64,000 nt of DNA from Gnetum montanum (GCA_015680685.1 MNCI01002656.1:1-64000); one strand, 5' to 3'; positions 1-12,850 are shown, counted from the stretch's first letter. Program-made: numbers and translations. Notes: generated from the sequence alone by a model not told the origin.

Positions 1-1147
1 ACATTGTTTTCATTTTGGTAAATTCTTGTGGTTAAGACTTTAACTTTGATGAGTGGTGAGGTACCCCTACACTCAACCATACGAAACGAGCATAGCACGC
101 GTGATCTGGTCGAACTCCGCAGANAACCAAAATATACACTAATGATACAATCAGCAATATGGTGAACAATGGAGAAAGAATGATGGAAAGAAAAGAATGG
201 AATATAATCTCAAGAACAAGGTGATGTACAGCCCCTTGTGTATTCTAATGATTAATGTGACTTAGTAGATCCCATTCCAAGTCTGGCCTCAAACAAACCA
301 CTTCCAATGACTTTGCATTAATGCATTCGGCCAATCCATTGACTTGAAGTAACAAGAATGCATCCCCCAAAGAGCCACCACCATTCCAACGAAACAAAGG
401 ATAAGAGAATAGGAAGCAAGAAGGGCCTTAGTTAGAGGGAACATGTATATTTTAGTTCCATAACTAGTGCCTGAAGCCTAAATGATTATTTTTTCTAAGG
501 GGTGTGCTTTGAATTCTCACTATTTTGTTGTTTTTTTTATGTTTATATGTGAGAACCACACCATGCACAGACCTTGTTATTTTTATTTGCTCAGCTTCCC
601 AATAAGGTGGCAACATCTGAATGGTAAGAAAACTCAGGAAGAAAACATCCAAGCACCCAAGAGAATGGCCAACACAAATGCATCAAGTTCCCTTAAAGTC
701 ACACCCTTTTCATTCCATGAGTCCTTCCTTTAGTTTGAGAAATACCCAGTCACTGATTCGTTACAGTTCTTATTTAGAAAGGTGACTGTACAGTTCCAAG
801 CCAAGAGAGACCATAGAAATTTGTGGATGTATGGATGAAGTGAACTCATTTCCTACCATATCAAAAGAACCATACCTTAGTATCAACATCATAATCTTAA
901 AGGTAAAAACCAAACATTAGCAACCAATAGAAAATAATTCATACCATCATTAGAGCACTTATTGGGTGACAAACTTAACAAAATGGATAAGACACACACA
1001 CACACAAAGAAATGAAAAAGTATGAAAAATGTTGTAAAATAAAAGCAAGAAAAGTTAAAGAAATTTGTAAAAAAATAATGTACAAAAAAAAACGTGTAAA
1101 ACAAAAATGTGGAAAAAAATCTAAAAAGAATGGAGGGCCTCAAATGA

Positions 1148-4100
1148 TTAGCATAGGTGGGCATCTCCCTCATGACTGAATTGAAAGGGAGAGATCCAAA
1201 ATAATGAGTGCCTATTTGAATTTTTTAGAAGTGCCCAACTTCTCCCAATTGATGTTTTTAAGTTAAGATTTGGAAGTTGGCGATGCTCATATTCCAATGT
1301 ATCTATGCTCTGGCTATGGGTGTAGGTTGTTTTCCCAGTTCGTTCCATGCATGTTGGTGGGATGCTCTCTTGATTAGCTATCAACCACAGGGTTTTCTCT
1401 TGATGAGTGGTTGCTACATACATGCACCTTTGTATGTTATCCTCTGGTGCACATCAGTTACATGCAGGAAATGCTGGGCATTCCTCCATGTCATCACCCT
1501 CTAAGTCATTGTATGTGATGCATGGAACTTTCTTCTTCTCGATCTTTCCATAAATGTTTTCCTTCAATATTTTCAATGAAAGATCATGGATTCCTAGGCA
1601 TGCATCTATTGTACTCAACCATGCCCTTCCCATTATAATTGGGAAGTCCCCTTTGCTACTGTTGACTTCTATCACTAGAAAATCAGCTGTGTATGACCAA
1701 CCACACACAGTGGTAACGATGTTCTCCACCGATTCCAAGGGAATGGTGATGGACTGGTCAGCCAGCTCTAGTTGAATATTTCTCTTCTTGAGTGGAGGAA
1801 GGTTTCAGTCTTTATACATTTCTCGTGAGATTAAGTTGACTCCGAAACCTGAGTCATGAAGNNNNNNNNNNNNNNNNNNNNNNNNNNNNNNNNNNNNNNN
1901 NNNNNNNNNNNNNNNNNNNNNNNNNNNNNNNNNNNNNNNNNNNNNNNNNNNNNNNNNNNNNNNNNNNNNNNNNNNNNNNNNNNNNNNNNNNNNNNNNNNN
2001 NNNNNNNNNNNNNNNNNNNNNNNNNNNNNNNNNNNNNNNNNNNNNNNNNNNNNNNNNNNNNNNNNNNNNNNNNNNNNNNNNNNNNNNNNNNNNNNGAGGA
2101 TGGTATGTATGTGGTATGTCTCCCAGAGGAGAAGGAGTCCTAAAATACTCCTAAACTTGGTAGTGACGTTGTGGGGTTGCGTGACCCATAGAGTCACTGG
2201 GAGAAACCGGCTACTGCACGTAATAGCCATATGGGTCTGGTTGCCGGGAAGGGTATTGTTGCCTAGGTGATGACATCCCCCATGACTGTGGGTGTTGCCA
2301 CTACTAGTGTTACCTGATAGGTTGTGGCGGAGTTCCACTTGGATAATATGTTAACGGTTGGTGGAACTACCTTGGGTTACCTTGGGGATAAGGTAACCTT
2401 CGGGGTGCTTGCTGTTTGTTAAGTCTTGGGTTGAGTGCATACACCCCAGACTCTTGCAGATGTGAGATTATTAGGCAACATCCCTTAGGATGGTCATATT
2501 GGCAGATCTTACATCCACCATTATTGTCCATGTCAGAATCCACAACTTCATTGGCAATAGTCATTTTTTCCTTACCCTTGTTACGTGCATGGTCTGAATC
2601 TCTCTGCTTTTTCTTATCATGGTCACTACTTCGTTCCTGAGACTCCTCTACAATTTTTAGAATGGTTTCAATTTTACTATCTCAGGAGTCCCATATTTGA
2701 TCTACCTTAATCGATACTTCTATTGTTAATTTCTAAAGCGGCAAGGTTTTTCTATTCACCAACTCTTTGAGTGGTGACTCATCCTCTTCCTCACAGAATC
2801 TTACTCCCCTCTTTCGGAGGGAAGGATCGCAGTTATACTCTTCCGTGCTTTCTCTTTTTTGTAGCTCGCCCTCTTCCTTAGCTACTTGCTCCAAAAATCT
2901 ATGAACTTCATGGGACCTAAGCTTAGATAATCTCCCTTGGGCATATGTCCCAAGGGTTCTCCTAGTTTCATGTATTAGCCCATCTACGAGGTGGTAGAGT
3001 TGATCTCGTTGTGTGTAACCATGGCCTGGGCAACGATGTAGTAATGCATAATATCGTCTCATTGCAGCATCCAAGGGTTCATGAGTAACCTACTTCCATC
3101 CTTAGATCTGCTTACGCAAGTTGGACACTTGGGAGTATGTTTGATATTTATCATTGAACAGTTCGAGCATCGTACTCCACCTCCTAATGGTTTCCGGTAC
3201 TAAGGACCAGTACCAGCTTTCTTCTTCCTTTATGAGTGTCCTAGGAAACAACTTTAACTCTGCCACTCATTCTCAATATTCTGCAAGGCACAGGCATCAT
3301 GGAATGCCTATAAGTGGTTCTGCAGATCAACATTATATCCCCCCTCAAACCGTGGGATATTGTTCATGTCTAGTCTTTTGATCTAGCTATCTTTTTGGCG
3401 CCTTGTAGGTATTCTAACTACCTCCGTAATATCTAACATACTCCGGGTTGCTAGTAAGGGCTCATCATGATCATCCCTCTCATGACGTCTATGATGCCTA
3501 CGTGGTTNAGGGCTCATCATGATCATTCCTCTCATGACGTCTATGATGCCTACGTGGTTCCCTACTTTCCCTTCTATGCCTTGACTCTCTAGAATGCCCT
3601 CGTCCTCACTCTCGACTCTCTCGTTGAGGTCTCTCATCTTGCTTACCCTTATCCTCACCGTTGTGCTCTTTGTGACTACGTCCTGATGTGGAAGGANTGT
3701 TTCTTACCTTCTCTTCGGTGGCTACAGTCCCAATCGTGATGACGATCAGAATGCTTACCCTTATCTTGTGCTTATGTTCCCCCAATGAATACTTGGTGTT
3801 CATGGGAATCAAAACCAAGGTTGTGTATCGTGGAGCGTAGGTTCTGATACCCCACCTCCTCACTATCGTTAGGAGGGGGAACATCATTTCATGGAGAACC
3901 TATTGAGATAGGTTCGCACCCTTAATTTCTCTTATGACAGGCGAAGCATTACGAGGGCCTTTTTCCTTCAACGATGTGTGATAACTCTCCTGCCATGAGT
4001 CCCTTAGACGTTGCGCTATTGTGGGATGGTAATCCCTTATGTCATAATCTTCTGCAACGTATTCAACGTATAATTCCGTCATGCCTATCTATGCAAGAGC

Positions 4101-4343
4101 ACGAAAAAGCATGTTAGGGACTGCCTTATCCGAAGGCAACATTATGTTACCTTGCAGGTCTCTCCAGCGCAGTTGTTCATCCTGATGGAGGATAAAAGTA
4201 AAATCGGGTATATACTCATCATGATGAGTATACACTACCCAATACTGTTGAGGAACTGGCGGTTCTCGGTTATGTGTGTTAGACTGCTGATGGTCTCTTG
4301 TGTGATCCTTAGGTGGTGAAGTGCTTTTATGAGAAGAAGACAT
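1148..4343 (-). pseudogene. Decayed gag-protease ORF of E1
   Basis: ORF fragments 4089-4343, 2733-3074 (gag: LLHRCPGHGY), 2367-2564 (Zn knuckle), 1454-1860 (aspartic protease, ADFLVI..PIIMGRAWL). Confidence 0.8.
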
Positions 4344-4470
4344 CTTAGTTTAGTTCGATGTGCTATTAACCGTAATGTAATTTTTTGTTTAATTAACCCT
4401 AAGGTTTCGTTTAAGCTTCCCAATGATGTGAGTGATTTCCTATGTTCTACTTAGTGCACAAACAACATAG

Positions 4471-4488
4471 TCCCCGGCAACGGCGCCA
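4471..4488 (-). other. Primer-binding site TGGCGCCGTTGCCGGGGA (tRNA-Asp type, typical of Athila)
   Basis: Plus strand tccccggcaacggcgcca, one base from the LTR end. Confidence 0.9.
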
Positions 4489-5505
4489 ATGATGAGTGGC
4501 GAGGTACCCCTACACTCAACCATACGAATACGAGNNNNNNNNNNNNNNNNNNNNNNNNNNNNNNNNNNNNNNNNNNNNNNNNNNNNNNNNNNNNNNNNNN
4601 NNNNNNNNNNNNNNNNNNNNNNNNNNNNNNNNNNNNNNNNNNNNNNNNNNNNNNNNNNNNNNNNNNNNNNNNNNNNNNNNNNNNNNNNNNNNNNNNNNNN
4701 NNNNNNNNNNNNNNNNNNNNNNNNNNNNNNNNNNNNNNNNNNNNNNNNNNNNNNNNNNNNNNNNNNNNNNNNNNNNNNNNNNNNNNNNNNNNNNNNNNNN
4801 NNNNNNNNNNNNNNNNNNNNNNNNNNNNNNNNNNNNNNNNNNNNNNNNNNNNNNNNNNNNNNNNNNNNNNNNNNNNNNNNNNNNNNNNNNNNNNNNNNNN
4901 NNNNNNNNNNNNNNNNNNNNNNNNNNNNNNNNNNNNNNNNNNNNNNNNNNNNNNNNNNNNNNNNNNNNNNNNNNNNNNNNNNNNNNNNNNNNNNNNNNNN
5001 NNNNNNNNNNNNNNNNNNNNNNNNNNNNNNNNNNNNNNNNNNNNNNNNNNNNNNNNNNNNNNNNNNNNNNNNNNNNNNNNNNNNNNNNNNNNNNNNNNNN
5101 NNNNNNNNNNNNNNNNNNNNNNNNNNNNNNNNNNNNNNNNNNNNNNNNNNNNNNNNNNNNNNNNNNNNNNNNNNNNNNNNNNNNNNNNNNNNNNNNNNNN
5201 NNNNNNNNNNNNNNNNNNNNNNNNNNNNNNNNNNNNNNNNNNNNNNNNNNNNNNNNNNNNNNNNNNNNNNNNNNNNNNNNNNNNNNNNNNNNNNNNNNNN
5301 NNNNNNNNNNNNNNNNNNNNNNNNNNNNNNNNNNNNNNNNNNNNNNNNNNNNNNNNNNNNNNNNNNNNNNNNNNNNNNNNNNNNNNNNNNNNNNNNNNNN
5401 NNNNNNNNNNNNNNNNNNNNNNNNNNNNNNNNNNNNNNNNNNNNNNNNNNNNNGCAATATCGCGTACGTGATATCGCGTCCTCACTACAATATCGTGTCC
5501 CATCA

Positions 5506-8320
5506 GATGTCATGTATTGATGGTACTCAAGACAGTGGTAGTGGTAATTTGAAGTGGAGGATGCAGAACTAGTTGGAGAAATAGGGTGTTGAACATAATA
5601 GTCGTGCATTTTTGGTAGATATGGCTAATATGGTGGTGGCCTTGCCCATGGCTGTGGTTGTTGCCACTACAGTTGATGATTGTGTTGAGGCTAGGGATAA
5701 GTCCCCCTAAGATGGTACGATTAGTTGTGGGACTATCTATAATCACCTTGTGGGAGAGGAATTCTCTCAGGCATGTGCTTTTGCACAAATTTTGGATTTA
5801 AGGCACTTGCCCAATACTCCTAGAGATGCAACAACACATGGCATTGGCCCTTTGGATGGTCATAGATGCATAGGTCACATCCATCATCTTTGTCTGTGGT
5901 GAAGTCTTTAGCCTCACTTTCATCAACCACTTTTCTCGTTTGCCGAAAAGTGTTCCTAACTGTTTCTTAGTTTTGTGCCCTCTGTTTATTATGTTTGCTA
6001 GGCATGTGTTGAATAATCTTCTCCATGACCATCTCAATAAGAGTTCTGACATTTTCATTTATCTGTTTAGACATCCTATTAAACTTTACTTCTAGATCAT
6101 CAATAGACTCCTCTATTGGCAAGGTTTGTTATGGAATCACCTTATCGAAAGTGGTTTCATTTTCCTCACCATAAATTTGGACCTCCTTCGATTGAAGAGT
6201 TGGGTCCCATTGAGATTTCTTGACATTCTCCCATTCACACATCCCTCCTTTTTCTTTTGCCACATGCTCTATTATCTCTTTAATCTGATGGGCTTGGAGC
6301 TTGTATAATTACCCTAGGGCATACATCCCAAGGACCACCCTTGTTTCATTACGAAGCCCATCTATGATGTGGTAAAGTTGCTTTTCCTCAAAGAAACCAT
6401 AGCCTGGGCATTAATTCAGTAAGGCATAATATCTATCAAAGGCCATGTCCAAGGGCTCATGTTGTTCTTGTTTCCACTCTTGGATTTGTCTCCTTAGATT
6501 GGACACTCTTTTATAGGTTTGGTATCTCTCATTGAAAAGTTCTAGCATTGTAGACCATCGTCAAATTGACTTTGGTCTCAATGATCTATACCACACTTCA
6601 GCTTTATCAATTAGTGTCCTAGGAAAGAGCTTAAGCTTTTGCCATCCACTTTCAATGTTATAGAAGGCACAAGCATCTTAGAAGACTTGTAAATGTTGTT
6701 GCAGATATGTATCATAGCCACCTACAAATTTACGAATATTGTTCATGTCAAGCTTAGGTAAACGACTCTTTTTGTGATGCCTGTGAGATATCTTAACAGC
6801 CTCTGTGATATGCATTAGGCTCTTAGTGGCCAATAGGGGTTCATCATCATCAAACAGATTGTGAAGGAAATTTCTATGTTCATGGTGACTTCTTCAACTT
6901 TTCCCATGGGTTCGATTTCAGTTTTAAGTTCGACCCTTTAATGGAGCTCTATCTCTATACCTACATTCATTTTTGTCAGAACTAGACGTTGAAGGGGAAG
7001 AGGAAGATGAGGAACTAGAAGAATCGCCATGGCTTCTATAGTATTCCTCAAGGTCCCTTGATTTATCTTTTTAAAATTTAGAGGAGGTCCTATGCCTTGA
7101 GGCCTTCCCTAGTCTAGGATCTACATCATCTCCTCCAAGATTGTCTACCTTAGGTGAATGTAGTCTTTGAGTATCATCAAGGTGGTCATGATCATAAGAA
7201 ATCCTTGCATAAGGTTGATCATTCCAATCTTCTTCATCGTATATCACATTATTTCTCCAATGAATGTGTTTGCTATACCATGCATTGTCATTTTTGTGTG
7301 GGAGAGACATTGTTATTGGTTTATAATGTGCATGATTTAATATTTTCTAAAAGATATATTGTTAGTACCTTTATAGCAATTGTGTATGATATAACTAATC
7401 TAAATAACTAGCACCATCCTTGACAACAGTGCCAATGATGAGCAGCGAGGTACCCCTATGCTCAACCATACGAATCACAAACGTTCATGTGCGATCCGAT
7501 CAAATTCCACAGATGGAACTAGTTGTGGCATCTAAATCATTATGCTTTTATCGTAGTTCGCTACCTTCACACTTGGACTAGTGGTAGGTTTGTCATGTAT
7601 AGTTTAGTCCAAAGTGAGGCGTATGATGTTGTTTCTAATTCTACACTACTCCTAATGATGATAAAGAGATGGACTAATTAAACTAATGAATAATGAAAAA
7701 CAAGATCTAAACTGGCCTATGGGTGATGAGTATCCACACTTAATCGTCCGTACACGTCTTAGACTCCATGAGGCTACTTATGGGATTGCCAAGTGTACAT
7801 CACTGATTATGCCAAACAATACACTTCTAGATTACCAAGTATCTACACTTAAATGCTTGTGATTAAGGCATACGCATTTCGCTTAATAACAGGAATAGTA
7901 AATAACAATAAATGAAAACATTTAACTAAAGAAAGCATTAAATAATTAAAGCAACAATATTAATCTAAGTGGATGCTACAATGATGGGAGTAATCTTGAT
8001 TTTTATTGCCAATCATGTAACATGTCCAAGTACGTCACACTCGAACAAAGGTGTTGTACAATTACAAACATCACGCTACGGGTATCCATTGAGAATAACA
8101 TACTTAAAGAGAAGAAACTGAAAACCAAAACTATCCCCCTAATTCCTATGTTCTATATGCTTTCTCATCTGGGGGCCCAAGTGCAGTATTTATAGGCGAG
8201 GTCCAAATGAGGTGACGTCAAGTATCTGACCTCGCTTATTAGCCCCAACGTCGAGTATGCAATGTCAGGACTCTGACATTGCATATCCGACGTTGGGGGC
8301 TGTCAAATCTCAACTCATCA
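5506..8320 (-). mobile_element. Older Athila-like element E2: 5' LTR 7436-8320, degenerate PBS 7417-7434, decayed gag
   Basis: LTR has TGATGAG...CTCATCA ends (885 bp) and TATAAA on the minus strand at ~8189-8194. PBS tccttgacaacagtgcca differs from consensus only by transitions. Gag remnants ~5510-6800 align with those of E1 and A. Confidence 0.75.
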
Positions 8321-8513
8321 AAAGCCTAAACTCTTTGAGTGGTTGTACCTAAGCTTGAATATCTTTTGACTTGAAAACCAAGTACCTTATCATCATTCCA
8401 AATGACAATCTCTAAAAATGTAGTGTTATTGTTAAAGAAAAAAGAAGGAAAAGAAAACAAAATAAAAAGAAAAAGATATACAATGTTACGTAAATCAAAT
8501 CTATATCTCTAAT

Positions 8514-8678
8514 ATCATTATCATCCTAGCCATTTCCCAACAAAATGAGATTAACTACATAAGTTCTCTTCAGTGAGTTGCCTCTATGAAGAGCTAGATC
8601 CTTATCTATCTATTATTTCTTTATATCATATTTAATTATATCATCTCATGTATTTTTTGGTCTTCCTTTAACTTTCTT
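8514..8678 (-). mobile_element. 3' fragment of an RTE-clade LINE
   Basis: Minus strand reads KGRPKNT*..IK.DI...LALHR...YV, then gttgggaaatggctaggatgataatgat. This resembles the plant RTE C-terminus (RGRPKKTW...LALDR) with a (GAT)n tail. Confidence 0.45.
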
Positions 8679-10659
8679 AGAATTGTGACGTGGCAACATT
8701 TTTTGATAGGCTCAAACCATCAAAGATACAATGCCCAGAAAAATCCATACCTTGCACATAATAGTAAGAAATAATGCCCAACCACTCAATTTGATAACAC
8801 TAATGAGTTTAAACAACTAAAATTTGAGTTTACAACCCAACCCAAAACGTGCAGTATCACGACACACCCACATTTAAAGGTACTTTGATCATTTCAAATT
8901 TCAGCTATGCATGGATCCTCACTAGATGTTCTTTAAAACAATGTTTGGATAGCATATCAACTTGCAGAGGTGACTAAGCAAGATATGGATAATGGAAAAT
9001 CAAACCGTGCTGCACGTCATGAAGCCTCACGCTTTGATGCTGAAGCGACCATGCATTTATTTTTATGTCTGATTCGTGCGTATCGATGCCAACCGAGGAA
9101 AATGTCGATACCACGACAGTCAATTATAAAAATCATGCAATTTAGGTCAATTTCATATTCCACGTATGACACAGCTAAGCCTATCCGTGGATTATAGTTT
9201 CGCCGCATGTATGCCAGCTTGGTTTGATTTGTGGTCTGCCTCCAAATGTGCCATTGCTTTTGCAACTTTTCAATGGGTAAATATGCTGTATTATTTGGTC
9301 TATAATATGAATTTTGTATGACCTTATGGAATAAACCTTTGGATTCCGTAAAGTATGGTATTTTGGCTCGTTTGCATGAACTATAACAAGTAATATGAAA
9401 CTCGCCACCAAATTAGGTGTTATCTATGCTGCATAACACATACGTCTTAGATAGGTGATGTGCATGACTAGGAAAAAGAATTATTGAAGCGAATTTAGTT
9501 AGATTTTGGGGCATCATTTTTATTTTTATTTTAGCCTGGCCCATGCTATTTCACAATTAGTTTAGTGACGCGAAGTGAAGTGTGATTTATGGGTGAAATA
9601 GTTTGAAATACTGCTATCTTTACAATCAAACCTATAACGTACAACTTTCATATCAAGAATTTTACTACTAAGTTAACACTTCATAGGTTAAAATACAATA
9701 ATGATTTTACTAATTATAAGAATATCATGCTAATTGCATTATCAAACTAGATAGCATTTTAAAAAAAATTTGCCTTAAAATAGCCGAAAACTTTACATCA
9801 TTACTCAATATAACGCAACTGATTGCATCTAGTCATTTTTGGTTAATCTCCAACATGTTTTTTGATATAAGGGAATTCATGGTTGGTAGCACAACCCTTG
9901 CTCATAAAGGTAAATGTGACCCACTATAAAAATGTTCCTTCACAAGGTTCCTCCATTACTACTACACTGGTGGCTTGATGTAGGTATTGAACCCACAACC
10001 TTGCTTCTTATTTATATTTTTATAAAAATATGAAATCAAATAACTTATAAAATTTGCTTGGTAATTGATTTGTAACCATCCAATAAATTCTTTGTGATTT
10101 CCTAGATGTAATAAAAATTTCCAGTTTCTAGTTTCCAAGAATTGAACTGTAGATCAATTATTTTTAATTTTAAACAAACATAATAAAATATTAATATTAT
10201 TAGTAAATTTCTATTAGTTAATTACATTGTAAATTTTTTAGATAATCATATTTATGTAAGCGCAATGGAAATCAATAATTTGTACCCCAATTGCTCGCAA
10301 CTTCCTATTTGCAAAGGGCCACATCTAATCAAAAAAATGAAAAAAGAAAAGTAAACAATGATATAAAGAATTCAATTTCCTTCTATGCGCAGCAAATTCA
10401 TATAGTCACTTTCAAGCTACCCAATTCCATGTGAAAGCCATAGCAGTTTAGTTAATCACAAATAGAAGGCATTAACCTAGACCTCAAGTTTGGTGGAACT
10501 TCCAACATTCTCAATATGGCGAGGAGAAAACAATCCAAAAAAAAAAATGCCAAAACATGTCTCTTAAACAAAATAAAAAACAAAACATGAATAAATGCAT
10601 GAATTATTCCACCTGTCTTCAATCATCGTAACCATGATTTTCAATAAAGTTACCGCATC

Positions 10660-11250
10660 CAAAGCATGCCACGTGGCACCCTAGATTCAAGATCTTGGTG
10701 TGGTTGAATAATTCGTCAAAAGCTACAGTGGGGAACAAGAATCTAGAATATTCTGCCGCGTCGAAAATGACACATAAAGAATGGCATCTTTTCACGTTTC
10801 TCCTGCCATTTGTCTATCGACCATGTTTCGGGGAAATTGCAATTAAATATTGCCCTGACTGACGTGTCCTGCACCAGCATCATGGAGACGTGGCACTAAT
10901 TAGCGGCAACGAACAGGACCCAATGCCAAACGGTGGCCGTTGGATCTTTCTGCCACGTGGCAGAACATACTTGCGTCCAAAACGAGTTATCTCAAGAGGC
11001 ACGTGCTGGCCGTGATGACGTCAGCATGGATGGGGATGCGGCATCATGCTGGCACTGACATGCATTTGGCGGGGCCCACCTAGGTCACGTGACACCCCCA
11101 TGCCCATGCCCAACAACATCATGATGATGATGACGAGGATGATACATGCGCCGTGCGTGCATGGTGTCCATTGGCATGGGCATGGGCATGGACATGCGAT
11201 GCGATGTAATGTGATGGGTTACTGAATGGCACTGCCCTGGCTGACGTGGC
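10660..11250. promoter_or_regulatory. Putative distal enhancer: cluster of ACGT-core (G-box/ABRE/C-box), RY and TCP motifs
   Basis: TGCCACGTGGCA 10667-10678; GACGTGTC 10861; GACGTGGC 10887; TTCTGCCACGTGGCAGAA 10948-10965; GCACGTGC 10999; TGACGTCA 11016; CATGCA 11059; GGGCCCAC 11072; GTCACGTGAC 11084; TGACGTGGC ~11242. CpG-retaining island in AT-rich flanks. Confidence 0.55.
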
Positions 11251-12756
11251 AAATTGCGACAGGAAAATTTTGGTGATTGCGATTTGGTGAGAACAACATG
11301 CAATCAGATTTGGTTTCCGTTTTGGCCTTGTTGCTATGACATGGTAGGGGATGTCCCATCGCCAATGATACTTTGTCGCATGTGTTTATTTTTGCAGCGT
11401 AAGATATTACGTAGGAATACTTTGAGAGTTTTGTAGTTAACCCACCATACACCGGCCATTCAGAGTTTTAGTGCAAGCCTGGAACTTTTCGAATATGTCA
11501 ATGAAATTACGTGACCAGCAGCTCACATGCTTTGCATTTTGGAGGCATGGCTTTAAATCTGAGCAGCCACACCTTGAATGTTACCTTGGAGGCATGATCC
11601 AAGTATCTGTAATGTAATTGAGTGTTCTCTCGAAAAAAAATGTTATGGTAGATATCAAAATGTGGTAGTTATATATGAGTAACTTACATATGCAATAATG
11701 CAACAAAATTTATGATTTATTCCTAAATGAAAAAAGCAAGAAAAATGACAAGATGTTACATGCAAAAGCAATCCATATGATGATACAATGTATACAATGT
11801 CAAATTTTAATAGAACACAAATTGAATGGATTGAAACTTAAAGTGAAAATATGCTTAAAATAAACAAGCAATAGTTATGTCATTTGAAGGTGTATGAAGT
11901 TGTGATCATGATCTTTTAATGTTGTTTATAGATGGTTAGATTCTTTTAAATTATCAATTTTCGTTGTCACTATTATGTGATAATTGATGTGTTTAGAACC
12001 ATACTTTTTTTGAGGGAAAGTTTAGTCTTTTATATAATGAGAGGGGTGAACCCCAAATCAACAATTACAATAGCAATATCATCATGGAGGGTAGAAGATC
12101 ATCCAACAAAATAGATGAACATTGAGACTAATCAAAAACCCCAAGCATTCCTATAGGGCATTTAAACCAAAAACCAAAAAAATAGAACCATATTTTACTA
12201 TTCATTCAAATTAGGAGTTTTCAAAATTGAAACTACAAGTATGTGTACTCCCAACTCATACACAATAGTTTTGTAGAATATAGCTATGCTATAATAGCAG
12301 CTCCATCATGGTTGGAACTCATAACCTATTACATATAAAGTAATAATCTTATGAATTAACTAGTGATTTTGTTGGCTAGCATTGGTCCTTGTTGCTTTCT
12401 TTAATGACTAAATATTTTAGGTTGACAATTCAATAATAGGATCATCACATGTAGCCTTAATGCTCAACCACTAAGTAAAGTCCTAAGAGGATCGATTGAT
12501 GAGCAAACACCTAACCTCTTTGAGTAGATGTGCCTAACCTTGAACCCACATCTTTTGACTTAAGAAACAAATACTTTACCATCACTAAAAATAATGGTCC
12601 TAGCAAATAGTTAGACAATAGTTCTATTATTAACTATCCACATGACACTAACCTTAATACATAATTTTTCCATGCATCCAGATGGCATGCGTATGTTAAA
12701 ATCTTGAACTTCATCTATGTGTTCCTTTCTTTAAGTACACCCTAAGATATGTATCC

Positions 12757-12850
12757 AATAATGATGTGTTTAGCTTAGTGGTAAGAGTCTTGGCTTGGTA
12801 ATCCTACTTCACAATTTTGATTCTAGTAGGCAACACTAAGCTATCAATAA
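12757..12850 (+). mobile_element. tRNA-derived SINE-like repeat (more diverged copy)
   Basis: TAGCTTAGTGGTAAGAG...TTGATTCTAGTAGGCAACACTAAG followed by an A-tract; same family as 35196. Confidence 0.45.

Larger units (their letters stand above)
47..5505 (-). mobile_element. Athila-like Ty3/gypsy element E1, non-autonomous (gag + protease, no RT/RH/INT), partly in gaps
   Basis: The same LTR terminus TGATGAGTGG.GAGGTACCCCTACACTCAACCATACGAA occurs at 47 and 4490. The LTR appears to end ...CCCATCA at 5505. Perfect PBS 4471-4488; gag with CKICQYDHPKGCC knuckle; protease LHDSGFGVNLI. No TSD match, and gaps may join different copies. Confidence 0.75.

Noticed and set aside
3458-3560. ~50-bp direct repeat in E1 gag
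   Set aside because: It straddles an N at 3508; likely an assembly artefact.
42-5510. TSD for element E1
   Set aside because: Flanks AACTT and GATGT do not match, so the two LTR ends may belong to different copies joined across gaps.
4440-5609. Long ORFs of 313-389 aa
   Set aside because: Almost entirely translated N gap.
11228-11245. GCACTGCCCTGGCTG resembling miR408
   Set aside because: It lacks the central bases of the mature sequence and has no matching star arm.
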